Assembly: GCA_963755775.1 (NCBI GenBank)
Contig: CAVWKY010000004.1
Coordinates: forward strand, 42,483 to 106,482
Length of the DNA stretch: 64,000 nt
DNA from: an uncultured Actinomycetes bacterium
Lineage (GTDB): Bacteria; Actinomycetota; Thermoleophilia; Solirubrobacterales; 70-9
Direction: 5' to 3'
Shown: positions 48,360 to 56,925 of the stretch, in pieces
Position numbering within the stretch: position 1 is the stretch's first letter
Layout of the letters: every line of letters starts with the position of its first letter
Notes under the pieces: model-generated
Databases searched by the model: none
What the model was told of the DNA's origin: nothing
What the model saw: the letters and a program-made list of their open reading frames with translations, nothing else
Made by a program: the position numbers and the translations under genes

Positions 48360-49169
48360 TCAGCGCTCGCTCGCGATGAACCGCAGGGCGACCTGGTCGA
48401 GGAAGTCGTCGCTCCCGGGAAGGGTGATCGAGTCCGCCAGCTCAAGTCCGGCCTCGCTCGCCTCATCCTCGAGCCCGGCCTGGGTGAGTTCGGCGTAGCA
48501 CGTTCGGGCGGTGGTCTCCTCACCGTCGACCCGACGCGACCAGATGATCCGGAGCGATCGCTCCCCGTCATGGTTGTGCCAGTAGGAATCGAGGGCCTCG
48601 ACCTCGAAGGTGCGGCCGTCGAGCTCTGTCACACGAGGCGGGAGGGGGGCGTCGTCTTCGTCGCTCCAGGCTTGGTCGAGCTCGGGCTGGAAAGTCATCC
48701 AGAACGAGGAGCCGTCGAGTCGCGTGAGGTGGCTAGCGGCGCACGTCATGATCGCGACGCGGGCGGCCCGCGCCTCGAACATCTGCACGAAAACCTGGGG
48801 GGCGATTACAAGGTCAAAACGCTGCTCCCCGCCCGTGTACGAGCGAGCATCCGCGCAGATCGGAAAGATCTCTCCGACCCCCCTGGCTTCGGCCCGCCGG
48901 ACCAGCTCGTCAAGTAACTCCTGCTCGCGGTCCAGGGCCCACACAGACACGCCGAGTGCCCGGAGTCGAACGGCAACACGCCCGACGCCGGCGCCCAGCT
49001 CGAGTACCGTCCGGGCGCCGCACGTGGGCGCGGGCGAGCCACTGAGCGGCTTCGGACTGCACAGGCCCGTCCATAGTGAGAGATCAGCCGTGTACTCGCG
49101 GTTCTCGATCTCACACCAAGCGACCTGGTCGCTGCTACATCCGCTATTCGAGCTGGACATGGGGTACAT
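48360..49169 (-). CDS. class I SAM-dependent methyltransferase
   Basis: Internal ATG 49169 begins MYPMSSSN.... VLELGAGVGRVAVRLRALGVSVWALD is present. The 5' part looks less G+C-rich than its surroundings, judged by eye. Confidence 0.7.
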   Translation of the reverse strand: MYPMSSSNSGCSSDQVAWCEIENREYTADLSLWTGLCSPKPLSGSPAPTCGARTVLELGAGVGRVAVRLRALGVSVWALDREQELLDELVRRAEARGVGEIFPICADARSYTGGEQRFDLVIAPQVFVQMFEARAARVAIMTCAASHLTRLDGSSFWMTFQPELDQAWSDEDDAPLPPRVTELDGRTFEVEALDSYWHNHDGERSLRIIWSRRVDGEETTARTCYAELTQAGLEDEASEAGLELADSITLPGSDDFLDQVALRFIASER

Positions 49170-49183
49170 CTCACTGGATTCGG

Positions 49184-49757
49184 CAGGCCGACCTGGGCGT
49201 AGCGCTCTCCGGCAACGTGTCCCTGCTCCACCAGCCTGTACATCGGGGTTCCGTGCGAGCGCTCGACCCCCCAAAGCTCACGACCGGTATCGGTGTGGGC
49301 GTCGAGTGGATCAGGCCGAGCGAGCCGTGGCGCTCGGCACAACCGCGGATGTCGGGCTCGGCGATCGAGTGGTCCCCGCCGAGTACGAGCGGGATCGCCC
49401 AGGCATCGACCACCTCGCCGACGATGCGCTCGATGGCCACGTGCGAGGTGGCCGGATCGGCAGGGATCACCGGCGCGTCGCCGAAATCCACCGCCCGCAG
49501 CGCCTCGAATGGGTCGCCTCCGGCGTCGAGGTGCACCCCACCGGAGGCGTCGCTCGCGATCCGGATCGCGAGCGGAGCTAGACGCGCGCCCGGGAGGTCC
49601 GTGACGAGCTCTCCAGGGGCGCTCCCACGATCGCCACGTCGACCCCGTCGAGGTCGTCAACCGATTCGGTGTAGGAACGGCCCCCGAACGACTGCAGGCC
49701 GGCGTAGCCAGGACGTCCGTGAGGCTTCCAGCGCTCGTGCGGGTCGATCGTCGCCAT
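49184..49757 (-). pseudogene. agmatinase/arginase-family gene, 5' half only, frameshifted
   Basis: MATIDPHERWKPHGRPGYAGLQSFGGRSYTES...VDVAIVGAP is followed by a frame change to ...VDFGDAPVIPADP...AIPLVLGGDHSIAEP, then another to ...LDAHTDTGRELWGVERSHGTPMYRLVEQGHVAGERYAQVGL. Similarity stops about 15 nt before the methyltransferase start. The C-terminal metal-binding half is absent. Confidence 0.7.
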
Positions 49758-49861
49758 CGTGCGCCAGCATGCCCCATCGAGGCTGCTGGCGATCTGCAGG
49801 GCGCGGATTGCCAGGGACCCACGACGGCGGCTTGTGCTGCCCGTCCGAAGGGGAGCGAGAG

Positions 49862-50329
49862 TCAGCCGACGTCGAGGATCTCTAGCTGCTTGGCGCCCCG
49901 TGGTGTGTCGAGGGACACCTGCTGCCCAGCGCGGGCGCCGAGAAGAGCCTGCGCGACAGGGCTCTCGACCGACACCTTGCCCTCCGCGACCTTCGCCTCC
50001 AACCGGTGAACAAGGGTTACCTCGGTGACCGTGCCGTTCCCACGGTCGCGAAAGCTCACCCGCGATCCGACGCCGATCAAGTCACCACTCGTCTCCTCTT
50101 GCACCTTCGACATCGCCAGGTGGTGCTCGAGCGCCCGTATACGGGCCTCGTTTAGGCCCTGCGCTTCGCGGGCCGCGTGGTATTCAGCGTTCTCGGACAA
50201 GTCCCCGAACTCGCGTGCCACCTTGATCTCGGCGACGATCTGGGGGCGCCGCACCTCAACCAGGTGCTGAAGCTCGGCCTCTGCGTTCGCCCGGCCTTCG
50301 GGGCTGATCGAATGCTTTGCGCCTTCCAT
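49862..50329 (-). CDS. greA: transcription elongation factor GreA
   Basis: 155-aa ORF with AREFGDLSENAEYHAAREAQGLNEARIRALE and a C-terminal SVESPVAQALLGARAGQ. Confidence 0.9.
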   Translation of the reverse strand: MEGAKHSISPEGRANAEAELQHLVEVRRPQIVAEIKVAREFGDLSENAEYHAAREAQGLNEARIRALEHHLAMSKVQEETSGDLIGVGSRVSFRDRGNGTVTEVTLVHRLEAKVAEGKVSVESPVAQALLGARAGQQVSLDTPRGAKQLEILDVG

Positions 50330-50437
50330 GCCGGCACAGTACCTGCGACGAGCGTCCCTTGGGCCCGCGACCCAGACCGAGGACGAGGCTCCTGACGAAA
50401 CCCGGCGCGCGAAAGCCGGTTCTCTCGGCGGACCGCG

Positions 50438-51037
50438 TCAGCAGAGCAGCAGCCGGTGGATTAGGACGATCTCGCGGACGCTCGTCTCGATCGGCCACCG
50501 GCTGGCCGCCTGGTCCAGAAACGCGACGCCCGCCCGCCGACCCGGATCAGCGAGCCAGGCCTCTGGTGCAAGACGCGGCAACAGTGAGAGCAGTGGGGCG
50601 ATGCTGGCGTCCTCGTAAAGGAGGTCGGCGGCGAGCACCATGTCGAATGGCCCCCGCCTGACCAGTTCGTCGGGCTTTGCCCATTCGACCGTCGCCGTCT
50701 CGAGGCGCACGTCGTTCAGTCGCGCGTTGCGCGCGACGAGCGCCAGCGCTTCGGCGCATGCGTCGGTGGCGAGCACGGCGGCGCCTGCGCGCGCCGCGGC
50801 AATGCTCGGGGCAGCCAGTCCACAGCCGAGCTCGACGACCCGTAGGCCGCGAAGCGCCATCCCGTCGAGCTCGCGCGCGAGCGCTACGCCGCTGCGCCAG
50901 AGGACCGACCAATATGGCGCGATTGGCCCCCATTCGACGCCGCCCTCGTCTGGCAGCTCGGCGGATTCCTGCGGCTGTAGCAGGCGGAGCCCACCGCTCG
51001 GCAGCTCGATGGACCGGCTGGCGAGCTCTTCGGGCAT
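50438..51037 (-). CDS. class I SAM-dependent methyltransferase (Methyltransf_16 / protein-lysine MT-like)
   Basis: LRGLRVVELGCGLAAPSIAAARAGAAVLATD...MVLAADLLYE. Confidence 0.7.
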   Translation of the reverse strand: MPEELASRSIELPSGGLRLLQPQESAELPDEGGVEWGPIAPYWSVLWRSGVALARELDGMALRGLRVVELGCGLAAPSIAAARAGAAVLATDACAEALALVARNARLNDVRLETATVEWAKPDELVRRGPFDMVLAADLLYEDASIAPLLSLLPRLAPEAWLADPGRRAGVAFLDQAASRWPIETSVREIVLIHRLLLC

Positions 51038-51083
51038 CCGCCGACTCTACGCATTCGGCCCTTTCGCTTTGGCCTGAGAGTGG

Positions 51084-51569
51084 CTACAGCGACTGACGCG
51101 CCTTCTCGCCGGGGTTCGGGGCGCGGTCGCCGGGATCGCTGCAGCTGCGCGCCACCCAGAAGTACTTCTCCTGGCTGTTGACCGCACTGGCGATTCGGCC
51201 GCGACCGACGAGGAAGACGACCGTCCTGCCACCGTTGGCGAGATGAACGTGGACACCCTCACCACCTCTTCTCAGCACGTAGTCGATCCCGCTGGAGCGG
51301 CTGCGGGAGATAGCGACGGAGTGGGGGAAGGTCGATGTCCCGAGTTGGAGCGTGATGGTGTGGCGCAGGCGGCCGTCGTCGGTCCGCTTGGACGTCGCCT
51401 CGCGAATGTCGCATCCCTCCTCGATGGAGGTGCGTCCGTCCTTGACCACGGTCTTCTTCGATCCTGCCGCCACCACCTCGCCGGCGACGGCGACCGCACC
51501 CAACAACATTACGACGGCCGCAAGTCGCCCGCAGGCCCTCACGCGACGCGATCGGTTCATCCCCAACAT
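51084..51569 (-). CDS. secreted protein, unknown function
   Basis: 161-aa ORF with a signal-like N-terminus (RLAAVVMLLGAVAVAGEVVAA). Confidence 0.5.
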   Translation of the reverse strand: MLGMNRSRRVRACGRLAAVVMLLGAVAVAGEVVAAGSKKTVVKDGRTSIEEGCDIREATSKRTDDGRLRHTITLQLGTSTFPHSVAISRSRSSGIDYVLRRGGEGVHVHLANGGRTVVFLVGRGRIASAVNSQEKYFWVARSCSDPGDRAPNPGEKARQSL

Positions 51570-51639
51570 TGGACGGTGCCTCCTGCGAGCAACCCTATCT
51601 CAGCGGAGCCGCCCGCCCCGCAGTCTTGTTTCTCCGCGA

Positions 51640-52455
51640 TCAGCCTGGACCGGGCGTGTTCGAGGGCGCGCGCAGTGTTCCGATGATGCGGGGATGAGCG
51701 TCGATGACCGGCGCGGCGAGCAACTCGAACCCTTCGTAGCCGGCGTGCTGGGCCAGGCGGCGCAAGCTTTCCGCGGTGAAGCCCCAATACACATAGTCAT
51801 CCCGAGCGTTGACCTCACCCGGCTCCCAGACCTGGATCGCCGCCGAGGCCTCGAGCGTCGGTTCCGCCGAGCCGTAGGTTTCAAGGAGCACCATGCCGCC
51901 GACCGAGAGGCGCCGTCGAAGCACCTTCAGCAGGCCCATCGGATTGTCCACCCGGTGCAGGATCCCGAAGCAGAAGATGAAGTCGAACGTCTCCTCGAGT
52001 TGGGCGAGATCGAAGGCGTCGAGACGCTGGTATTCGACCTTCGAGCCGAGCAGCTTCCGGATCGCGGTGAAGCCCTCACCTCCGTCGAGCTCGACACCCC
52101 AGCGGGACTTGACCCAGGCTCTGTACTGCTCGTTGTCCACCGCAACGACCCGCCGCGCGCCGCGGGCTTCGGCGAGGAATGCGTAGAAGCCGTCGAAGGT
52201 GCCGACGTCGAGCACGCTCATCGCGCTGAAGTCCTCTGGCAGGGCGGGGATCCGGTAGCGGTGGTCGCGGGCCACGCCGTGCGTGTAAAGCTCGTCGGAG
52301 TGGTCGAGCGAGAACGTGTGGAACCAGAGCGGCACCTGATCCAGGACGGCTCTGGCCGCGTCGGGATCGGCCTCGATCGGCAGCAGATCAGCCACCTCGC
52401 GCTCGGCGGCCGTGGGCTTAGGAGGAGCCTCCCTCCTCGGTGCACTCTCGCTCAA
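51640..52455 (-). CDS. class I SAM-dependent methyltransferase, DUF1698/CmoB-like
   Basis: WFHTFSL...MSVLDVGTFDGFYAFLAEARGARRVVAVDNEQY...FIFCFGILHRVDNPMGLL. I prefer TTG 52455, which has AGGAG 5 nt upstream. The 353-aa ORF start would overlap the GDPD gene. Confidence 0.65.
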   Translation of the reverse strand: MSESAPRREAPPKPTAAEREVADLLPIEADPDAARAVLDQVPLWFHTFSLDHSDELYTHGVARDHRYRIPALPEDFSAMSVLDVGTFDGFYAFLAEARGARRVVAVDNEQYRAWVKSRWGVELDGGEGFTAIRKLLGSKVEYQRLDAFDLAQLEETFDFIFCFGILHRVDNPMGLLKVLRRRLSVGGMVLLETYGSAEPTLEASAAIQVWEPGEVNARDDYVYWGFTAESLRRLAQHAGYEGFELLAAPVIDAHPRIIGTLRAPSNTPGPG

Positions 52456-52579
52456 ATCATCTCCTGGACGGGTACGGCTGAGACTACCGGCGCGTACCGA
52501 GATTCCTGGCAGGACCCGCCCACGCCCCGATTGACGCCCACCGCGTAGGTCGTCGGCTGGTAGCGGAGTAGCGACCTGT

Positions 52580-53374
52580 TTACGCGCGCCCTGAGCCCGG
52601 CGTGGCGAGTTCCGCGTCAACGATCGCGGTGATTGACGGTGGCTCCTCGATCCGCAACACCTCGGCGCGGAGCTCCGCCGGGCGGTCTGTACAGACCGCA
52701 TCCGGCGCCGCGAGCTCGGTGATTCGGGCGAGCAACTCGGCGTCGTTGACGGTGCCGGTGTTGACGCTCAGCCCGGCGAGGCGGAAGACCGAGACGAGCT
52801 TCGCGGAGAGCAGAAAGTGCTCGACCGAGACCCCCGTCACCCCACGCCATGCGGCCCATGCCGCGAGCGCCTCGGGCGCGTAGTCGGCCCAGACCACCAG
52901 CCTCGAGCGAAAACCGTAGGCGGCCGCCGTGGCGCAGGCGGCCGAGTGGAAGCTGATCAACTCGAGGCGGCGGCGCTCCGTACCTCTGCGCTCGCATACC
53001 GCCGCGGCGGTCCGGCGAGCCAGCTCCGGATCGGCGTGGGCTTTGACCTCGACCTGGATCGGCAGGTCCGCTGGAGCGTAGGCGAGAAGCTCGTCCAGGG
53101 TCAGGGGCCGCTCGTCGGTCGGGACGCGGTCGCGATCGAGGATCCGTGCCTGGACGATCGCGGTGGCTGTGTGCTCATGGGCCCAGCCGTCGAGCGTCGT
53201 GCCGAGCGATAGCAGCGGATCGTGAAGAAGCACCAGCTCCCCGTCGGAGGTCAGGCAGACGTCGGTCTCGAGGCCGTCGACACCGGCCGCCAGGGCGCCG
53301 GCCAGAGCCTTCGCCGAGGAGTCGGGGCCATAGGAACGACCCAAGCGGTGTGCGTAGAGCGGCGGGGCGAGCAT
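52580..53374 (-). CDS. glycerophosphodiester phosphodiesterase
   Basis: YAHRLG...ALAAGVDGLETDVCLTSDGELVLLHD...LPIQVEVK. Confidence 0.8.
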   Translation of the reverse strand: MLAPPLYAHRLGRSYGPDSSAKALAGALAAGVDGLETDVCLTSDGELVLLHDPLLSLGTTLDGWAHEHTATAIVQARILDRDRVPTDERPLTLDELLAYAPADLPIQVEVKAHADPELARRTAAAVCERRGTERRRLELISFHSAACATAAAYGFRSRLVVWADYAPEALAAWAAWRGVTGVSVEHFLLSAKLVSVFRLAGLSVNTGTVNDAELLARITELAAPDAVCTDRPAELRAEVLRIEEPPSITAIVDAELATPGSGRA

Positions 53375-53513
53375 GGAAACATGGCACCAGACCCACGGCG
53401 GCTCCGTGTTATCTCAGTGTGACCGCCGTGACCAGCAGCCCAAGGCCGCGTGGCCGCAAGGTCAGGGCAGTTGGAGCTGTATCCAGGCTCGCGCGTGCTG
53501 GTGCTGCCGGAAA

Positions 53514-54227
53514 CTAGCTCTTCCATTGCGTGATCAACAGCGCCCGCGCAACCGCGAGCGTCTCGCCGTCGGCTGTCAGCACGGCCGCCCCGGCGTGGTG
53601 TTTTCGACCCTCGAACTCGATCGGCCACGCGATCACGACGTGCTGCTCACCGGCAAGCACGGGACGATCGAGTCGCGCGGCGAGGCGGCCCAGCACGCTC
53701 ATGGGCAGCTCCCGGTCCATGTAAAGGGCGAAGTATGTGGGGCAATCGAGGACTGCCCATACGAACTCGGGTCGGACGCGTCCGGCGTCATCCGCGGTCC
53801 ATGGCGGAGGCGTCCATGGCGATGCCACGAGCTCCCGGCCTTCAACCTGCCCCGCGAATACACCTAGGGCGTCCCCGCGCGCCCGCCCGCAAACGAAGCA
53901 TCGGGAAAAGAGGCCGTCGGCAAGCCCCCGATAGCGGCCGGTAGCCTGGCTCGCCTCCCGCGGGCTCACCGGCTCGGGTGCCTCGGCCTCGACATCAGCG
54001 ATCGAGCGTGCCTCTGCGATCAGTGTTTCGCCGTCAAGCACGCGGAGCGCGTCGGCGCTCCGGCGCTCGAGGTCGAGCGGGGTGTCCAGGGGGACTGGGG
54101 CCCTGAGGTTCACCTCCGCCGCACCCTCGACGAAGCCCGCCACTACCCCCGCGGAATACCCGCCGTTACCGCTTTCAAGGGGCCCGTTGAACTGCTTTGG
54201 GATGGAGATCGATTCGGGCGCTGGCAC
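53514..54227 (-). CDS. hotdog-fold (thioesterase-like) protein
   Basis: GNGGYSAGVVAG...CFVCG...VWAVLDCP. The GTG 54227 start was chosen to avoid overlap with the upstream gene. The family call is tentative. Confidence 0.45.
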   Translation of the reverse strand: MPAPESISIPKQFNGPLESGNGGYSAGVVAGFVEGAAEVNLRAPVPLDTPLDLERRSADALRVLDGETLIAEARSIADVEAEAPEPVSPREASQATGRYRGLADGLFSRCFVCGRARGDALGVFAGQVEGRELVASPWTPPPWTADDAGRVRPEFVWAVLDCPTYFALYMDRELPMSVLGRLAARLDRPVLAGEQHVVIAWPIEFEGRKHHAGAAVLTADGETLAVARALLITQWKS

Positions 54228-54319
54228 CCGGGGGAACCTACCGCCCCGGTCATTGGCAGTTCCGGCTGGAGCGGACCGGTCTGCCTGAGCCGTCGGGCAG
54301 GCGGGTTTGGACGGGGGCG

Positions 54320-55357
54320 CTATCCACTGTTTCGCGCCGGTCGGGCGCGCTCGAGCACCTCGAGCACCGCCACCGCATCCCAGGGATCGACCGGCAGCGG
54401 TTGCTTGTTGCACAAGGCCTCGGCGAGCTGCTCGTAGAAGCGCGGCCAGGCGCCGTTCTCCGACGGGACCTGCTCGCTATGCTCGCCACGGACGAGCTGC
54501 CCCCAGCGCTCCTCGGGCTCGGCACCCCAGCTGTTCGCCCCCCGTGGTCGCAGCCCGGCCTGAAGCGCGTCCTCTTGGCCATCGATCTCCTGAACGACGA
54601 ACGCGGCTCGGGTTCCCAGAACCCTCAAGCGCGGCCCAGCAGCACCCGCCACCGCCGACACGCAGAGGTGACTGCGGACGCCCGAATCATGCTCGATCGC
54701 CACGAACGCGTCGTCGTCGGCTGCGGCGCCGCGACGGAGATCGACCTCGCCATAGACGTGGCGCGCCGCACCGAACAGCGTCAGGGCCTGATCGACTAGA
54801 TGAGTCCCAAGGTCAAGCAGCACGCCGCCGCCCTCTCGGGGCGACGTCGTCTCCCAGGCCTTGCCTCGTACCCGCGGCAGCCAGCGCTCGAAGCGGGACT
54901 CGTACCGCCGAACGTCCCCGAGCGAGCCCTCGCGGATCAGGCGCCGCAGGGTCAACTGGTCGGAGTCCCAGCGGCGGTTTTGGAACACGGTCAGGGCGAC
55001 GCCGCGGTGCTCGGCCCGGTCGATGAGCTCGCCCGCAGCCCCGCTCGTCGGCGCCAGCGGCTTGTCGACGACCGTCGCCAGCCCGGCTTCGATTGCCCGC
55101 GAGGCAACGTCGACATGGGTGTGGTTCGGCGTCGCGACGACGACGAAGTCGTGCTCATGCGGCCTCTCCCACAACGCCTCCGCGCTCGGCTCGATGTGAA
55201 CCCCCGGATACTCGCGTCGCGCTTGGTCGGCGCGACCGGAATTCCCCGTGACCACCGTCTTCAGGGCGATTCCGGGCGTGGCCGCAATCAGCGGCGCGTG
55301 GAAGACCGAGCCCCCGAGCCCGAACCCGATCAGCGCCGCGCGGAGCTCAGCAGGCAT
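54320..55357 (-). CDS. Gfo/Idh/MocA-family oxidoreductase
   Basis: LRAALIGFGLGGSVFHAPLI...VVVATPNHTHVDVASRAIEAGLATVVDKPLA. Confidence 0.85.
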   Translation of the reverse strand: MPAELRAALIGFGLGGSVFHAPLIAATPGIALKTVVTGNSGRADQARREYPGVHIEPSAEALWERPHEHDFVVVATPNHTHVDVASRAIEAGLATVVDKPLAPTSGAAGELIDRAEHRGVALTVFQNRRWDSDQLTLRRLIREGSLGDVRRYESRFERWLPRVRGKAWETTSPREGGGVLLDLGTHLVDQALTLFGAARHVYGEVDLRRGAAADDDAFVAIEHDSGVRSHLCVSAVAGAAGPRLRVLGTRAAFVVQEIDGQEDALQAGLRPRGANSWGAEPEERWGQLVRGEHSEQVPSENGAWPRFYEQLAEALCNKQPLPVDPWDAVAVLEVLERARPARNSG

Positions 55358-55393
55358 ATGCCCAACGCCTTGCGCAGGCGGTCAGGACGCTAC

Positions 55394-56170
55394 TCACCGG
55401 CCCCGCCACACGGGGTCGCGCTTCTCGGCGAACGCCCGGGGTCCCTCCTTCGCGTCGTCCGATGTGATCGCGTGTTGATACTCCGGGATGCTGCCGTCGC
55501 GTAGCGCGCGGTACCCGTCTTCGACCGAGAGCTCCTCGGTGGCGGTGACGATCGCCTTTACCGCTTGCACTGAGAGCGGCGCCGCGGACTCGATATCCGT
55601 CGCGAGTTCACGGGCGACAGGAAGCAGCTGGTCACGCTCGACGATTCGGTTGACGAGCCCCCACCCGGCGGCGCGTTCGGCGTCAATCGGCCGGCCCGTA
55701 AGCAGCATCTCCATCGCCAGGGCGCGCGGGATTCGCTTCGGGAGCCGCAGGGCGCCGCCAGCGTCGGGAATCAGTCCGACCCTTACCTCCGGCACCGAGA
55801 ACCGCGCGTCCGGGACGGCGAGGATCAGGTCGCAGGAGAGCGCGAGCTCGAGGCCGCCCCCGGCCGCGTACCCATTGATCGCAGCGATCACCGGCTTTTT
55901 GAGATCGAACAGTTCCGTGAGCCCGGCGAACCCCCCCGGGCCCCACTCCTCCGAGTCGCCCTCGGCGGCCGCCTTCATGTCCCAGCCCGGCGAGAAGAAA
56001 CGCTCGCCGGCGGCGGTCAGGATGGCGACCCGCAGCTCGGCATCGTCGCGGAATCCGACGAAGGCATCGCCGAGTGCCCGGCTGGTGGCCGAATCGATCG
56101 CGTTCGCGTTCGGCCGGTCAATCGTGACCTCAAGCGTCGCTCCCCGCCGCTCGGTCCGCACGCCGTCCAT
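55394..56170 (-). CDS. enoyl-CoA hydratase/isomerase (crotonase) family
   Basis: LTAAGERFFSPGWDMK...PVIAAINGYAAGGGLELALSCDL. Confidence 0.85.
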   Translation of the reverse strand: MDGVRTERRGATLEVTIDRPNANAIDSATSRALGDAFVGFRDDAELRVAILTAAGERFFSPGWDMKAAAEGDSEEWGPGGFAGLTELFDLKKPVIAAINGYAAGGGLELALSCDLILAVPDARFSVPEVRVGLIPDAGGALRLPKRIPRALAMEMLLTGRPIDAERAAGWGLVNRIVERDQLLPVARELATDIESAAPLSVQAVKAIVTATEELSVEDGYRALRDGSIPEYQHAITSDDAKEGPRAFAEKRDPVWRGR

Positions 56171-56218
56171 GACGGCTCAGCCTACGCAACCGAGGGCCCA
56201 CGGGGCCACTGCCCCCTT

Positions 56219-56263
56219 ACGGGCGCGGCTGGTTTCGAACCAGCGACCTCTCGCGTGTGAAGC
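56219..56263 (-). other. 3' fragment of a tRNA-Val(CAC)-like gene (anticodon loop to acceptor end); not an intact tRNA
   Basis: The minus strand reads CGC-TTCACAC-GCGAG AGGTC GCTGG-TTCGAAA-CCAGC CGCGCCC G. These are the anticodon loop with U33/CAC/A37, the variable loop, a perfect T-arm and the 3' acceptor strand. No D-arm or complementary GGGCGCG 5' strand is present upstream. Confidence 0.6.
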
Positions 56264-56339
56264 GGCAGGGCTGAGGAAGGCAGAAACGGCATCAGCAAGC
56301 GGTATGCGCCGCTATCTGCCCGGGTAGCTTCGGTCGGCG

Positions 56340-56379
56340 GATTACCAGGGATTACGCGCGATTACCGGGGATTCGGGCA
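56340..56379. repeat. four phased 10-bp repeats beginning GATT(A/C)
   Basis: GATTACCAGG GATTACGCGC GATTACCGGG GATTCGGGCA. The block is flanked by two GGCAGA...TCTGCC inverted repeats (56279-56320 and 56385-56407). Confidence 0.6.
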
Positions 56380-56443
56380 GAGAGGGCGGCTTTCTGCCTA
56401 GGCGCGGGAAAGAAACCTAATCCGGCTTGTTCAACCGGTCGAG

Positions 56444-56626
56444 GTGATCGCTATCACCTCGGTTGCGGCCAACCTCACCGCGATCGTCGGGGGCATCCTG
56501 GTCTTCCGTGACCCGGTCGGCACGGGGGCGCTGGAGATCAGCGGGCGGATGCTCGCGTTCTCTCTCGTCGTCGCAGGTGCGGCTCTCATCCCGGCCCCGG
56601 TCCGCGCCACCCGACACGCCGTCTGA
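56444..56626 (+). pseudogene. C-terminal two-TM fragment of a DMT/NIPA-like transporter (or a tiny membrane ORF)
   Basis: VIAITSVAANLTAIVGGILVFRDPVG...ISGRMLAFSLVVAGAALI. The frame opens only at TAA 56419, so the N-terminal helices are absent. Confidence 0.35.
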
Positions 56627-56925
56627 TGCCTCTCTGGGAGCCAAGGACGGTGGCGCGAGTGTCGAACGAAGCCCTCGAAGCTGCCGGGCTGCGGGAGTAG
56701 GCGAGTCGCAGGCCATGAGCCCGACGGGAATCAGCCGAAAATGGGGATGCGCCATCGGCCTGGCTGCGCCAAGATTGGAGTCGCCCGGCCAGCGCCCACC
56801 GAACGAAAGGCACGCATGAGTCCCACGCTACGACCTCGTCCACGGATGACCGCGAGCGCCAGGGGCGGTCGTCGGTCCGCGGAGGCGTTCGGCGACGATG
56901 GCGCCTACGGGCCGTGGGTGGCGTC

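Noticed and set aside
56190-56300. Intact tRNA gene
   Set aside because: Only the anticodon loop, variable loop, T-arm and 3' acceptor strand are present. The sequence 5' of the anticodon stem cannot form a D-arm or pair with the acceptor 3' strand.
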